Assembly: GCA_034520965.1 (NCBI GenBank) | Contig: JAXHMY010000001.1 | Location: forward strand, 32,001 to 96,000 | Length of the DNA stretch: 64,000 bases | Reading direction: 5' to 3' | Origin: Spirochaetia bacterium | GTDB taxonomy: Bacteria > Spirochaetota > Spirochaetia > DSM-16054 > Sediminispirochaetaceae | Shown here: positions 52,243 to 63,599 of the stretch, piece by piece | Layout: every line of letters starts with the position of its first letter | Position numbering within the stretch: position 1 is the stretch's first letter | The notes under the pieces: generated by a model | Told to the model about the DNA's origin: nothing | What the model saw: the letters and a program-made list of their open reading frames with translations, nothing else | Database searches by the model: none | Made by a program: the position numbers and the translations under genes

Positions 52243-53048
52243 GTGGCTTGAAGGGTAAAAACGTTCTTATAACCGGCGGCACATCCGGTATTGGCCAGGC
52301 TATTGCTGTCCGCTTTGCAGAGATGGGAGCCAATGTGGCAATAAACTACCGCAAGCGCCCTGAGGATGCCGCCGAAACGGTAAAACAGGTAGAGGCCTGC
52401 AGAAACAAAGTACAGCAGTTCGGAGTAACAAATGTATTAGTTCAGGGAGATGTTTCGAAAGAGGATGAGGTCGTTTCCATGTTCACAGAGACAATCGAAA
52501 AACTCGGTGGGGTCGATATACTTATCAACAATGCCGGTATTCAGAAATCGGGCGAATCACACCAGGTAGCTGTTGATGAGGTAGAGGCCGTGCTCGCCGT
52601 CAACTTGAAGGGAGCATTTACCTGTGCCCAGCAGGCACTCCGGCACTTCATAGATGCCAATAAGTCAGGGGTAATTACCAACATATCGAGCGTCCATCAG
52701 ATCATCCCCAAACCGCGCTTTATCGGCTATTCCATGAGTAAGGGTGGTATGCAGAATATGACTCGCACCTTAGCCCTCGAGTATGCCGGACGGGGAATAC
52801 GAGTAAATGCGGTAGCCCCTGGCGCTACAATCACCCCGATAAACCGCGAGTGGGCCGATGACCCCGAAAAGCGTGCCGAGGTAGAGCAACACATTCCGTT
52901 AGGCAGGCCAGCAGAGGCCGATGAGGTTGCGGGAATAGCCGTTTTCCTCTCCTCCGATGAGGCCGCTTACATGACCGGCCAGACCCTTTTCGTCGACGGA
53001 GGATTGACCCTCTATCCAGATTTCCGCACGGCCTGGTCTTCAGAATAG
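52239..53048 (+). CDS. Glucose 1-dehydrogenase-like SDR
   Basis: TGGTSGIG, NNAG, SSVHQIIP, YSMSK and VDGGLTLYP. Confidence 0.88.
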   Translation: MSGLKGKNVLITGGTSGIGQAIAVRFAEMGANVAINYRKRPEDAAETVKQVEACRNKVQQFGVTNVLVQGDVSKEDEVVSMFTETIEKLGGVDILINNAGIQKSGESHQVAVDEVEAVLAVNLKGAFTCAQQALRHFIDANKSGVITNISSVHQIIPKPRFIGYSMSKGGMQNMTRTLALEYAGRGIRVNAVAPGATITPINREWADDPEKRAEVEQHIPLGRPAEADEVAGIAVFLSSDEAAYMTGQTLFVDGGLTLYPDFRTAWSSE

Positions 53049-53179
53049 CGAGATGTTTGGAAATATAGCCGATTCTACACGAAGCTTGATTTGAGTTCAG
53101 GTACCTATTCAGGTGCACATACAGATACATGCTGAAATATTGTTCTGTGTAGTGCTTGTTTTTCATTTCTATATTATGG

Positions 53180-53465
53180 ATGAGGGTCTGCGCAGTCATC
53201 GCCGGTGGATGCGCTTCCGGCACACTTATGCGGGTTGGCGAAGGATTCATGATGCAGTGGCTTTCCATCATTTTTTTCATCATCGGTTCGGTAATTGGAG
53301 TGGCCATTTATCCTCTCTGGAAGCCTCTGTTGCAGTCCGGTTCGGCAGTGTACCTACCCCGGGTTCTGGGAGGTTGGTTGCCGGCATTGATTCTGCAGTT
53401 CGCCCTGCTGCTGGGCTTATACATCCTGGCAGACTGGTGGAAAACAAAAAAGCCTCAGAAGGCTA
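53180..53465 (+). pseudogene. YeeE/YedE transporter fragment
   Basis: VIAGGCASGTLMRVGEG. Confidence 0.75.
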
Positions 53466-53631
53466 ATAGGCACAAACCAATAACAAACAGTAACAACAGC
53501 GACGGGATGCACCATTCCGTCGCTGTTTGCAGTTGTGAAATATCCGCTTTCTTCATTACAAGGCAATCGTCTCAATACTACAGTACCTTTGCGTAGCAAT
53601 GCAGTTATATTGTCAATAGATTTTTCCATCG

Positions 53632-53727
53632 TTTCAGACTCAATATGTACCGAAAAAAGCGGTTCATACCGGTATCGAAACTGAAGATGAGCACGTTCCG
53701 CCCCGGACTTGTATCTGCATACACGAG
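53632..53727 (-). pseudogene. vapC 3' fragment (paralog of 49671-49790)
   Basis: Close DNA match, with a deletion between agcggt direct repeats. Confidence 0.75.
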
Positions 53728-53887
53728 AAGTTCTATTTTCATACCAACGGTTCACATAGACCCGCAGCAACCACTTTCACTCTCAAAAATGTATAGGTCC
53801 TTAACTGACTGCGTGTTGTTCGAATCATTACAGCACAGCACCAGCTGGGAAGGAGTATAAAGGACCTTTAGTGAAAGATCGCTTCTG

Positions 53888-54313
53888 CTACTGAAATGAG
53901 AGCAGTTTTTCAGATTCAGGGTCGTAATAATTCATGAAGTCGCTGGAGAAGTTAATCCATACCTTCTCGTCCATCTTGAGTGAGGAGAAACCGTTCACGA
54001 GCACCGTGAAGTCGACACCCTGACTTTGTGCCTTAATGATCGTCTCGGACCCTGCCGGCAGGACCGAGTAGACACTCGCCTCTAACCAGCCTTCTGCATG
54101 CTCATGCGAAAGAAAGGTTTTACCGTCTATGATGGTTTTTCCCTCATCCGCATCCTCGAGTCCCGCGATCACTCTCAGAGTGGTAGACTTTCCACAACCC
54201 GACGGCCCGAGGAGAGTCAGAAACTCTCCCTCCGCCAGACTGAAATCAACATTTCGTACAGCGGGAACCCCGCTGTACGATTTTTTTATTCTTTCAACTA
54301 CGATTTTAGACAA
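53888..54313 (-). pseudogene. MalK-like ABC ATPase with a large in-frame deletion
   Basis: GPSGCGKS is joined directly to a TOBE-like C-terminus; no signature or Walker B motif. Confidence 0.8.
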
Positions 54314-54637
54314 AGTTGTTCCTCAAACATTCTAGTTCGAAGTCTCGCGTGTCCAAAAAGCTAACACTCTCGGACCCTCATTCCACATAATATTGAAAGG
54401 AGGAGGATTAGTAAAAATTCCTTCCAATATTTTCCAGTGCTTTTTTATTCACGGTTTTCTGGTACCACTAAACGGTACTACAGTCAATATGAAAATTGAG
54501 CCCTATCGTTGTCGTCGGCGGTTATAGCTCCGGCGGATTTGCTGATTAGCCTAAAGCACATACCTCGTTTTAAGCCTGTACAAAGACGCGTATACTCATA
54601 TCCGCAGCACACCTGCGGATAAATCAACTATCTCCGC

Positions 54638-55504
54638 ATGAGCTTTGCAGATATGACGTCTTATTACGATCTACTCAGGGCGGAGACCTTTCTGAAACTC
54701 TCGATGCGGCCTCAAGCATTGAGGGAAGAGCTGGAGGAAGTCGTTTCCCGTCGAGCCTTGAGAGGGCCGGTCATTATTGATGAAGTTCACTCTATAATAG
54801 AGGATTTGCAGCTTCAATTCATCCTCACCGGCTCGAGTGCAAGAAAAATCAAACGGCGAGGAACCAACCTCCTTGGGGGACGGGCATGGACAAGAAGACT
54901 TCATCCCCTTTGCTCAGCCGAAATCGGTGACTACAATGTGCAGAGAATATTTCACTATGGTTCCATTCCGGTGATGTATGATTCGGAATACCCGGAGGAA
55001 GATTTAAAAGCCTATTGTGGAACCTACCTGCAGCAGGAAATTGCGGAAGAGGGGGCGGCGGAAAAATTGATGCTTTCAGCCGTTTTCTCAGGACCGCCGC
55101 CCTCTACAACGGAGAGCAGGTAAACTATGAAGCCTGGGCATCCGATGCGGCAGTTCCGGCCCGCACCATCAGAGAGTATTTTTCCGTATTGGAGGATACC
55201 CTCCTTGGGGAAATGCTGAATCCCTGGACCCGCGGGAAAAAACGAAAAGCCGTCAGTGCGGGCAAGTTTTTTTTCTTCGACCTTGGGGTACGCAATTATT
55301 GGTGATGATACGGCAATTGAGGTAAAGGCGTCGTCAAACCCCTCGGAGCGGCATATAAAAAACCTCCTGGAGCTGAAAAACGAAGGGCAATTCAGGCATC
55401 TCCTGCTGGTCTGTTCCGTCGATACTCCAAGAAAGCTCAAGGAAGTGGAGATCTTGCCTCTGAAGGTCTTTCTTCAGCGCCTCTGGGAGGGGGAATACTC
55501 CTAG
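54638..55504 (+). pseudogene. AAA ATPase with DUF4143-like C-terminus, fragmented
   Basis: IIDEV, LTGSSARK, LGGRA, KFFFFDLG and AIEVK spread over three frames; Walker A missing. Confidence 0.8.
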
Positions 55505-55687
55505 ACCGCCGGTTTTTCCTCATGATTTTGCGCGTCAAGGGCCATGGGAACAGGCCTAATTGGGTTTCTACGTTTGGACATCAAAGAGATCATCACGTAC
55601 ATTTCGAGCTGCAACGAGTAAGTTCTTGACCCGGTAACGAGTGCAGCGTATAATTATAGTCATCTTGACTATAATTTTGGAGTTTGC

Positions 55688-55963
55688 ATGACAGATATAT
55701 TTGTTTCTATAGCGGAATTCAAGGCGAAACTCTCCCAATATCTTTCGAGAGGAAAGGAAACTGGACACCGGATCATTGTTACAAAGAGAAGACAGCCGAT
55801 TGCTTCCGTTATTCCCTATGGCGAAACGAACGGAAAAATAACGCCAATGGAAGGCCTTGCATCAATTGCCGGTCGGTGGTCATCCCTGGAGGATATTTCC
55901 CCCTTTATTGACGAGGCAATCGAGACACGAAAAGACGAGGGATATCGTGAAATACCTTTTTGA
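55688..55963 (+). CDS. Phd/YefM-family antitoxin
   Basis: SIAEFKAKLS..IIVTKR.QPIA. Confidence 0.85.
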   Translation: MTDIFVSIAEFKAKLSQYLSRGKETGHRIIVTKRRQPIASVIPYGETNGKITPMEGLASIAGRWSSLEDISPFIDEAIETRKDEGYREIPF

Positions 55964-56357
55964 CACCGATACGGTAACCACCCTCCTGAAACCGAACCCG
56001 CCTTCATATCTTTTGGAAAGGATGCACACAGTCGAAGCTCACGAACAACATGTTTCCACCATCACGGTTCTCGAAATAAGTTATGGAGCCTACAGGAGTT
56101 CCAGTCCACAAAAATATTTGGACTTCCTGGAAACAGAAATACTTCCGCGGGTACAGATGCTCTCATTCGACGATACAGCAGCCTATATGGCTGGACGCAT
56201 TCGGGCTGAACGGGAGTCTCTCGGCAAACCAATAGCCCCACTGGATCTGCAAATTGCCGCCATAGCCTGGGCAAACGGCTGCACGCTCGTAACCGGGAAC
56301 ACTCGTCATTTCGAATCCATACCGCAAATAGAGGTACAAAACTGGATACGCCTGTAG
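55947..56357 (+). CDS. vapC: VapC PIN toxin
   Basis: YLFDTD..E..DLQIAAIA..LVTGNTRHF. Confidence 0.92.
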   Translation: MKYLFDTDTVTTLLKPNPPSYLLERMHTVEAHEQHVSTITVLEISYGAYRSSSPQKYLDFLETEILPRVQMLSFDDTAAYMAGRIRAERESLGKPIAPLDLQIAAIAWANGCTLVTGNTRHFESIPQIEVQNWIRL

Positions 56358-56815
56358 CTATGTCCTGGCACAGGAGCCCGGAGGCGAAGGACTAATGCGT
56401 CCTCCTCAGGGAAGGGAGAGTTCGTGACAGCCGACTTCCTGGTCACCAGTTATTTGAGACATTTCCCGGATGAATCCCTCATTATTACACCGAGAGTTTT
56501 TACAGAGAGGGAATTGGGCCTGTGATGGAGAACTAATGTCTCTATGCACTGTAGTGTCCGTTCGTCGGTGAACAGTCGGTATAGACTGTACTATCTGTTA
56601 CAATGTATTCCCAAAAAAAATGTGAATTCTTCCTATTGCTTTAGGGAAAAGCCTTCTGTTAATCTTACTATTGCGTGCAGCATGGAGCAATTGGATTTTT
56701 TTCTGTTATAGATTTAATTTTATTATAAGAAAAAAATAGAGCTTCTTGATGTGTGACTATTTTTCAATACGGCTAGGTTTTGATGACAATGACAGACGCA
56801 ACAGAAGAGGGCATC

Positions 56816-58573
56816 ATGCGGAAGAGCATACTACTACTGTCCTCTGTCTTTATGATCTTACTCCCTTCCGTCCTCTACGGCCAAACAGAAGCCCTTGAAA
56901 GACTGGAAGACGAGCCCCCTGAGCATGAAAGCATTACCATCGTGTACACTTCCGATCTCCAGCAGCGACTTATCGAAAGCATCGAGGGAGACTTCGGCCT
57001 CGTAGAACTCTCTGCAGCGGTCAAATATGCCCGGCAGCAGTACAACCTCATCCTCCTCGATGCCGGAGGATCGAGGAAGTCTGACACACGGTCGGCAATG
57101 GAAGTACAGAGGTATGACGAGGGTCGCCAACTCTATGCAAAGATTCTCGATGAAACGGGCTATGACGCGCAGATACCAGGCAGCGCAGAATTTGCCTGGG
57201 GAATCCATTCTCTGCGTGAGCTCGACCAATCGACCTCGTTTCCCATACTTTGTGCAAATATAGAAACAGAGATAGATTCTTCCGAAGTCGATGAGCCCGA
57301 AGGCACAGCCTCAGGTGCAAGCAATCCTTTCGAAGGATATCAGGTATTCACATTCGAAGGGATCAAGGTGGGAGTATTCGGTATCACCTCACCGAAATCG
57401 ATAGGGCTACTCGAGGGAGAACATGCAACACCCACTTTCCACATAACCGATCCGATTGCCGCGGCAGAGCAGGCTTTGGCTAAGCTCAAAGCTGCAGGTG
57501 CAGAAGTAATAATCGCTGTTACACATATTGGATTGTTCGATCTGTATGAACGAGGGTATTTTGACAATGAGGATATTAAACGGGCCGAACAGCGGCTATC
57601 AGGCCGCGTAGACCTCATCATAGACGGCGGCAACAGCTCCCGTGAGAACCCCGATGTGTACCAACTTGGAAAGACGGTAATTGCTCGCACCGGCGGGGCC
57701 AGTTCCATAGGGGATGCCGAGATCTCTGTTAAGAATAGAGAGGTGACGGGTATCGACATCCGCATGATCGACAAGAAGACTATCGAAGAGGCTGGGTTCG
57801 AGCCTATGCCGGAAGTTGTGTCGCTGATCGATCGTCTCTCGGTGGCGATGGATACCAAGACGCAGACGAAGACGGCGGAAAAGCCAGAAGAGGAGCCTGC
57901 CGAGCAGATTGAACCTAAAAAAGAGCAGGAGCCTCAGGAGGTGGAGAAGGACTCCTCTGAAGAGCTTGATCCCGCATCTCCTCCCGAAGAGGAAAAAGGG
58001 CAGGAAGGAAGTGAGGCTCAGAGCAGGGATAGGGAAGTAGACGAAACTGACGAGGAAGGCTTCGTTATGCCGCAGCTCGAGTTATTTTTTATACCCGGAC
58101 TCACCCTTTACAGCGGTGCCACCGGCTACGGATTAACCATTGGGGCTATGAGCGATCTGGAAGAGCTCTTCGGTCTTTCCTCTCCAGCTGGGAATGTGAT
58201 GCTGGGCCTACTCCTCCGTTATGACGGTTTGAGTATGTCCGCAGAAAATCTGAACCTCAACTCACTCGGGCCGGCACTTATCGCCGGCTACATCTTAGAT
58301 CCTTCAGCTTACCTGGCCGAGATTACCTTTCTCGAAGGCATGCGGGTTATGCCACGGCTCACTCTTGGAGGAATGAGCCTGGACGTCTCGAAAGATGGGC
58401 GCAGCGCCCACTCGGGATTCAGTGCATACCTCGCACCTGGCGTGCTTATAGATAAAAAACTACCCTTCGAGATCGACCTGCGAGCGGGGCTGTCGGCCGA
58501 ATATAACATTACTTTTGGGAACACCGTGTGGAGAAGCTTCCACACGGGAGCCTTCGTGTCCTGGACTTATTAG
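56816..58573 (+). CDS. Secreted protein: degenerate 5'-nucleotidase-like metallophosphatase domain, acidic linker and putative beta-barrel
   Basis: Signal peptide; YTSD, LDAG, EFAWG, PILCAN and VDLIIDG; C-terminus FVSWTY. Confidence 0.7.
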   Translation: MRKSILLLSSVFMILLPSVLYGQTEALERLEDEPPEHESITIVYTSDLQQRLIESIEGDFGLVELSAAVKYARQQYNLILLDAGGSRKSDTRSAMEVQRYDEGRQLYAKILDETGYDAQIPGSAEFAWGIHSLRELDQSTSFPILCANIETEIDSSEVDEPEGTASGASNPFEGYQVFTFEGIKVGVFGITSPKSIGLLEGEHATPTFHITDPIAAAEQALAKLKAAGAEVIIAVTHIGLFDLYERGYFDNEDIKRAEQRLSGRVDLIIDGGNSSRENPDVYQLGKTVIARTGGASSIGDAEISVKNREVTGIDIRMIDKKTIEEAGFEPMPEVVSLIDRLSVAMDTKTQTKTAEKPEEEPAEQIEPKKEQEPQEVEKDSSEELDPASPPEEEKGQEGSEAQSRDREVDETDEEGFVMPQLELFFIPGLTLYSGATGYGLTIGAMSDLEELFGLSSPAGNVMLGLLLRYDGLSMSAENLNLNSLGPALIAGYILDPSAYLAEITFLEGMRVMPRLTLGGMSLDVSKDGRSAHSGFSAYLAPGVLIDKKLPFEIDLRAGLSAEYNITFGNTVWRSFHTGAFVSWTY

Positions 58574-58608
58574 GTCTGTTCGAAGGTTAAAATCGGGAGG
58601 TTAATTTC

Positions 58609-61600
58609 ATGAATTCAAGATACATGCGGAACATACTCCGAATCGGATCGGTGGTAACTCTGACTCTGCTTGTGGCAGCGGCGCTTAGTTGTTCAAACCC
58701 ATTGTCGGAGTCAGAACAGATCAAGGAAGAGTTCCTCGAAGAGGACACCGCCGACATTACGATTGAATTCAGTGATGGCGAGAACGCCTCGGCGGTTACG
58801 AAGGACTTGCACCTCCCGAACAAGATAAATGGTACCTCCGTTACATGGTCCTCAAGCAACCCGAGCGTCATACAGAACAACGGCACAGTGCACCGACCGG
58901 CCTTCGATGCAGAAGATAAAACGGTCACACTCACAGCAATACTCGACTACGACGGAACCACGAAAACAAAGAGTTTTGAGGTGAGGGTGGAAAGATTATA
59001 TAAGGTCACTTATGAAACCTATCATTCTCAGATCAACGGGGATCTTCCAGTTCCGCAAGGTGCTGACTCGTACAACATCATTACGCTCAATGATGTAAGC
59101 AGTCTGATCAGCAGAGATGGGTTCAACTATGTTGGGTGGACAACTGTCCCAGAGTCCAGTAGCCCAGAATTCAATCCTGCCGAAGAAATTGTGTTGAGCG
59201 GAGACCTGACATTGTATCCATGCTGGTCAGAGGGTTCTTACAACGTGGTATATGACGGTAATGACGGAGAATATGTTGGTACGGCAACGGATGTGCCCGC
59301 TTCGTCGACTGAAGAATACAATTCTGAGATAACCGTTGCCTCGCAAGGCAGTATGGCGCGCCCCGGTTACACATTTGCAGGCTGGAATACTAAAGAAGAC
59401 GGCACCGGTGACCACTATGATCCTGAGGATTCTCAAGGCAATGCATTTACAATTCCGGCCCAAAACACCACACTGTATGCCCAGTGGACGCCCATTGAGT
59501 ACAGCATTGCCTACGAATTGAACGGGGGCTCCAATGTGGCGGGTAATCCTAACAGCTACACAATCGAGAATTTACCGATAATGCTGGAAGATGCGTCGAA
59601 AACAGACTTCCTTTTCGATGGCTGGGTCGATGGGGAAGATATTCCGACGAATAAAATCCCCATCGGATCGACTATGAATGTTGTTCTGAAGGCGCAATGG
59701 TCTCAAGAGTCAGTTACTTTTGAGAGTGTTGTACAAACAGGCGGAACGTCGGGTACAAGCAATTCGACAGGCTTGATACTAACCTTTGATGTAGATCCAG
59801 CCACATTGGTTGCAGATGATATTACGGTAACCGGAGCGAGCAAGGGAGCATTAACGGGAAGTGGAACCACTAGAAGCCTTGCTATTTCCGATATTGGCGT
59901 TGGAGATGGAGAAATGGTATCAGTTGCCATAACAAACCCATCGGGATACTTGGTTAGCGGCTCACCGAAGTCAGCGGTGGTATATAAAGATACAAGGGAA
60001 GCAGTTACTTTTGAGAGTGTCGTTCAAACAGGAGGAATTTCGGGAACAAAAGACTCAACAGCTTTAACACTAACCTTTGATGTTGACCCGACCACATTGG
60101 TAGCAAATAATATTACGGTAACCGGAGCGACTAATGTTGCATTAAGTGTAAACGGAACAACAAGAACGCTACTTATTTCTGGAATAACCGTGGCGAATGG
60201 TGAAATGGTTTCAGTGGCGATAGCAGACCCCTCAGGATACTCGATAAGCGGCTCACCGAGGTCAGCGGTGGTATATAAAGATACAAGAGAAGCAGTTACT
60301 TTTGAGAGTGCTGTTCAAATCGGGGGAACATCGGGTATAGTCGATACGACGGGGTTAGAGCTGTCTTTTGATGTAGATCCGTCCACATTAACGGCAGATG
60401 ATATTACGGTAAACGGAGCGACCAAGGGCGCATTATCCGACAATGGCGCGACACGAAGCCTTGCTATTTCTGATATTACTGTTGGAGATGGAGAAACAGT
60501 ATCGGTTGCGATAACAAACCCCTCGGGATACTCGATAAGTGGCTCACCGAAGTCAGCGGTGGTATATAAAGATACAAGAGAAGCAGTTACTTTTGAGAGT
60601 GCAGTTCAAATTGGGGGAACATCGGGTACAAGCGATACGACGGGGTTAGAGCTTTCTTTTGATGTAGATCCGGCCACATTGGCCGCAGATGATATTGTGG
60701 TAACCGGAGCAACCGAGGGTGGACTGACGGGAAGCGGAACGAATAGGAATCTTGCTATTTCTGATATTACTGTTGGAGATGGAGAAACAGTATCGGTTGC
60801 GATAACAAATCCTTCGGGATACGTGATAAACGGCTCACCGAGGTCAGCGGTGGTATACAAGGATACAAGAACCGCTGTTACTTTTGAGAATGCTGTTCAG
60901 ACAGGCGGAACGTCGGATATAAGCGATTCGACAGGTTTGACACTGAGCTTTAATATAGATCCGAGCACATTGGCCGCAGATAACATTACGGTAACAGGAG
61001 CGACCAAGGGTGCGCTGACGGGAAGCGGAACGACTAGAAACCTTGCTATTTCTGACATTACAGTTGCTAATGGAAAAACGGTAACGGTTGCCATAACAAA
61101 CCCATCGGGATACCTGATAAGTGGCTCTCCGCAGACAGCGGTGGTGTATAAAACTCCAATACCTGTCACTTTCCAAAGCGCCGTTCAGACAGGCGGAACG
61201 TCGGATATAAGCGATTCGACAGGTTTGACACTGAGCTTTAATATAGATCCGAGCACATTGGCCGCAGATAACATTACGGTAACAGGAGCGACCAGGGGTG
61301 CGCTGACGGGAAGCGGAACGACTAGAAACCTTGCTATTTCTGACATTACAGTTGCTAATGGAGAAACAGTATCAGTTGCCATAACAAACCCATTGGGATA
61401 CCTGATAAGTGGCTCTCCGCAGACAGCGGTGGTGTATAAAGCTCCAATACCTGTCACTTTCCAAAGCGCCGTTCAGACAGGCGGAACGTCGGATATAAGC
61501 GATTCGACAGGTTTGACACTGAGCTTTGATGCAGAACCGAGCACATTGGCCGCAGATAACATTACGGTAACAGGAGCGACCAAGGGTGCGCTGACGGGAA

Positions 61601-62803
61601 GCGGAACTACTTAGAAGCCTTGCTATCTCTGAGATCACAGTTGCTAATGAAGAAACGGTATCGGTTGAGATATCAGACCCAGAGGGATATTCGATAAGCG
61701 GCTCTCCGCAGACAGCGGTGGTGTATAAAGCTTCAATACCTGTCATATTTAATTGGGCAGGCCAAAGGAACGGATCATCTGGTACAGAAACAACAACAGC
61801 GTTACAGCTAAGTTTTAGTAGTGACCCAACCACGTTAACGGCAGATAACATTACGCTAACAGGAGCGTCCAAGGGTACACTGACGGGAAGCGGACTTTAT
61901 AGATATCTTACTATTTCTAACATTACAGTCGCTAATGGAGAGACGATATCGGTTGCGATATCAGATCCAGAGGGATACTCGATAAGCGGTTCACCACAGT
62001 CAGTGGAGGTCTACAAAGATACAAGAACCACTGTTACTTTTGAGGGTGCATATAAAAATAACGGTTCTTCTGGAACAGAACCAACAACAGAGTTATATCT
62101 AAGTTTTAGTAGTGACCCAACCACGTTAACGGCAGATAACATTACGGTAACCGGAGCGACCAAGGGTACACTGACGGGAAGCGGATATTCTAGATATCTT
62201 ACAATTTCGGACCTTACAGTTGCTAATGGAGAAACGGTATCAGTTGCCATAACAGACCCATCGGGATACTTGATAAGCGGCTCTCCGCAGACAGCGATGG
62301 TGTATAATGTAGTAATTGGCACGGAATACCAAGGTGGTAAAATTGCTTATGTTTTTCAACCGGGCGATCCGGGCTATGTAGCAGGTGAAACCCATGGAAT
62401 TATTGCATCATCATACGATATGACTGCTTCAGGAATCTATTACGATGGAATAGAGTGGTCCGAAAACCATATATCCACGGGAGCAACAGGGATTGCACTG
62501 GGTACAGGACAGTCAAATACAACAAAAATAGTAAACACCTCGGGAATAGGAAGCTATTCAGCGGCGAAACTTTGCGCTGATTATACAAATGATGGTTATT
62601 CTGACTGGTATTTGCCTTCATTAGATGAGCTTCAAAAACTTAATGCTAATGCGGATGAAATAGGTAACTTTACCTCTGAACGTTATTGGTCGTCGACAGA
62701 GTACGAAGATGTTCAGGCGTATCAAGTATCATTCAACTTTGGCGCTGATACTCCGTATCATAAGTCCTATCGTTTCCAGGTTCGAGCTGTGCGAAATTTT
62801 TAA
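58609..62803 (+). CDS. Large surface lipoprotein: Ig-like domain, InlB B-repeats, nine tandem repeats and C-terminal DUF1566/Lcl domain; one frameshift near 61610
   Basis: ALSC lipobox; VTWSSSNP; GYTFAGWNT..G.G..LYAQW; DWYLPS.DEL..YWSSTE..VRAVR.F. Confidence 0.85.
59713..62310 (+). repeat. Nine intragenic tandem repeats of 288-291 bp
   Basis: Units start at 59713, 60004, 60295, 60586, 60877, 61165, 61453, 61742 and 62033. Confidence 0.92.
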
Positions 62804-62813
62804 CAACTAATTA

Positions 62814-62861
62814 TTTTAACTATTGGGGGCTGTAAGGAAGATGGCCCCCTTAGTTAAAAAA
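62814..62861. terminator. Hairpin after the lipoprotein gene
   Basis: ttttaacta..gggggc..gccccc..tagttaaaa. Confidence 0.55.
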
Positions 62862-62967
62862 ATTGAAATAGTATTATTTTATCCCACATTCCTCACCACT
62901 AAATCTAAAAAATATGTTTCTTCAGAGGGTGTGGAGGTAATAATTAATCTTTAGCTGGTCGTTAATC

Positions 62968-63245
62968 TCGCGAAAGCCTACCAGGCCAAGCAAGTGAGAA
63001 AACTCATCCTGAAGTATAAATTGGAGATATAGAATGTACAAATACGAAATTATCCTCTACTGGAGTGAGGACGACAATTCATACATAGCGGAAGTCCCCA
63101 AATGCCTGGTTGTATGTCTGACGGCCAATCGTATAGGGAGGTGTTGAGTAACGCAGAAGTCATTATAGAAATGTGAATAGAGACTGCAAAATCTCTTGAT
63201 AGACCTATACCGGAACCGAAGAAAGATAAGTTGGAATACGCATAA
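62968..63245 (+). pseudogene. hicB: hicA 3' remnant plus hicB pseudogene (63034-63245)
   Basis: AKAYQAKQVRKLILKY*; then MYKYEIILYWSEDD..AEVP/MPGCMSDG..M*IETA..RPIPEP, with a frameshift and a stop. Confidence 0.8.
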
Positions 63246-63367
63246 AAGGTTTTGTAGTTAGCATAGCCTTTCGAAAATTCCCTAAATGGTAGGTTTCGTT
63301 TCCCGATGACTCGAATTTGAAGGAGATTTAGTAACAGCCCACTACTGCTTCATAAAAATAGCGGGAG

Positions 63368-63565
63368 ATGATGACCACCTACGGCTCATCGATACCTGTG
63401 TGGCTCGAGGCATTAAGCGGCAATGCCAACGACAAGGTCACCTTTCGCAAGAGCATCGGTAAGTACCGCCGGCAGTCCAAGTCAAAGGAACTTCCCTACT
63501 TCGTGGCCGACAGCGCCCTCTACACGAAAGAGAGCCTGAAAGAGCTCGAAGGAGTGAAGTGGGTC
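63368..63565 (+). mobile_element. IS1634-like transposase internal fragment
   Basis: IP.W.EALSGN..DK..F..YFVADSALYT. Confidence 0.7.
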
Positions 63566-63599
63566 ATCCTCCTCATATAAATTTGACAGTATCCCTTAC

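Noticed and set aside
60606..62322. Repeated minus-strand ORFs in the lipoprotein gene
   Set aside because: Antisense mirror of the Thr/Ser/Gly-rich repeats.
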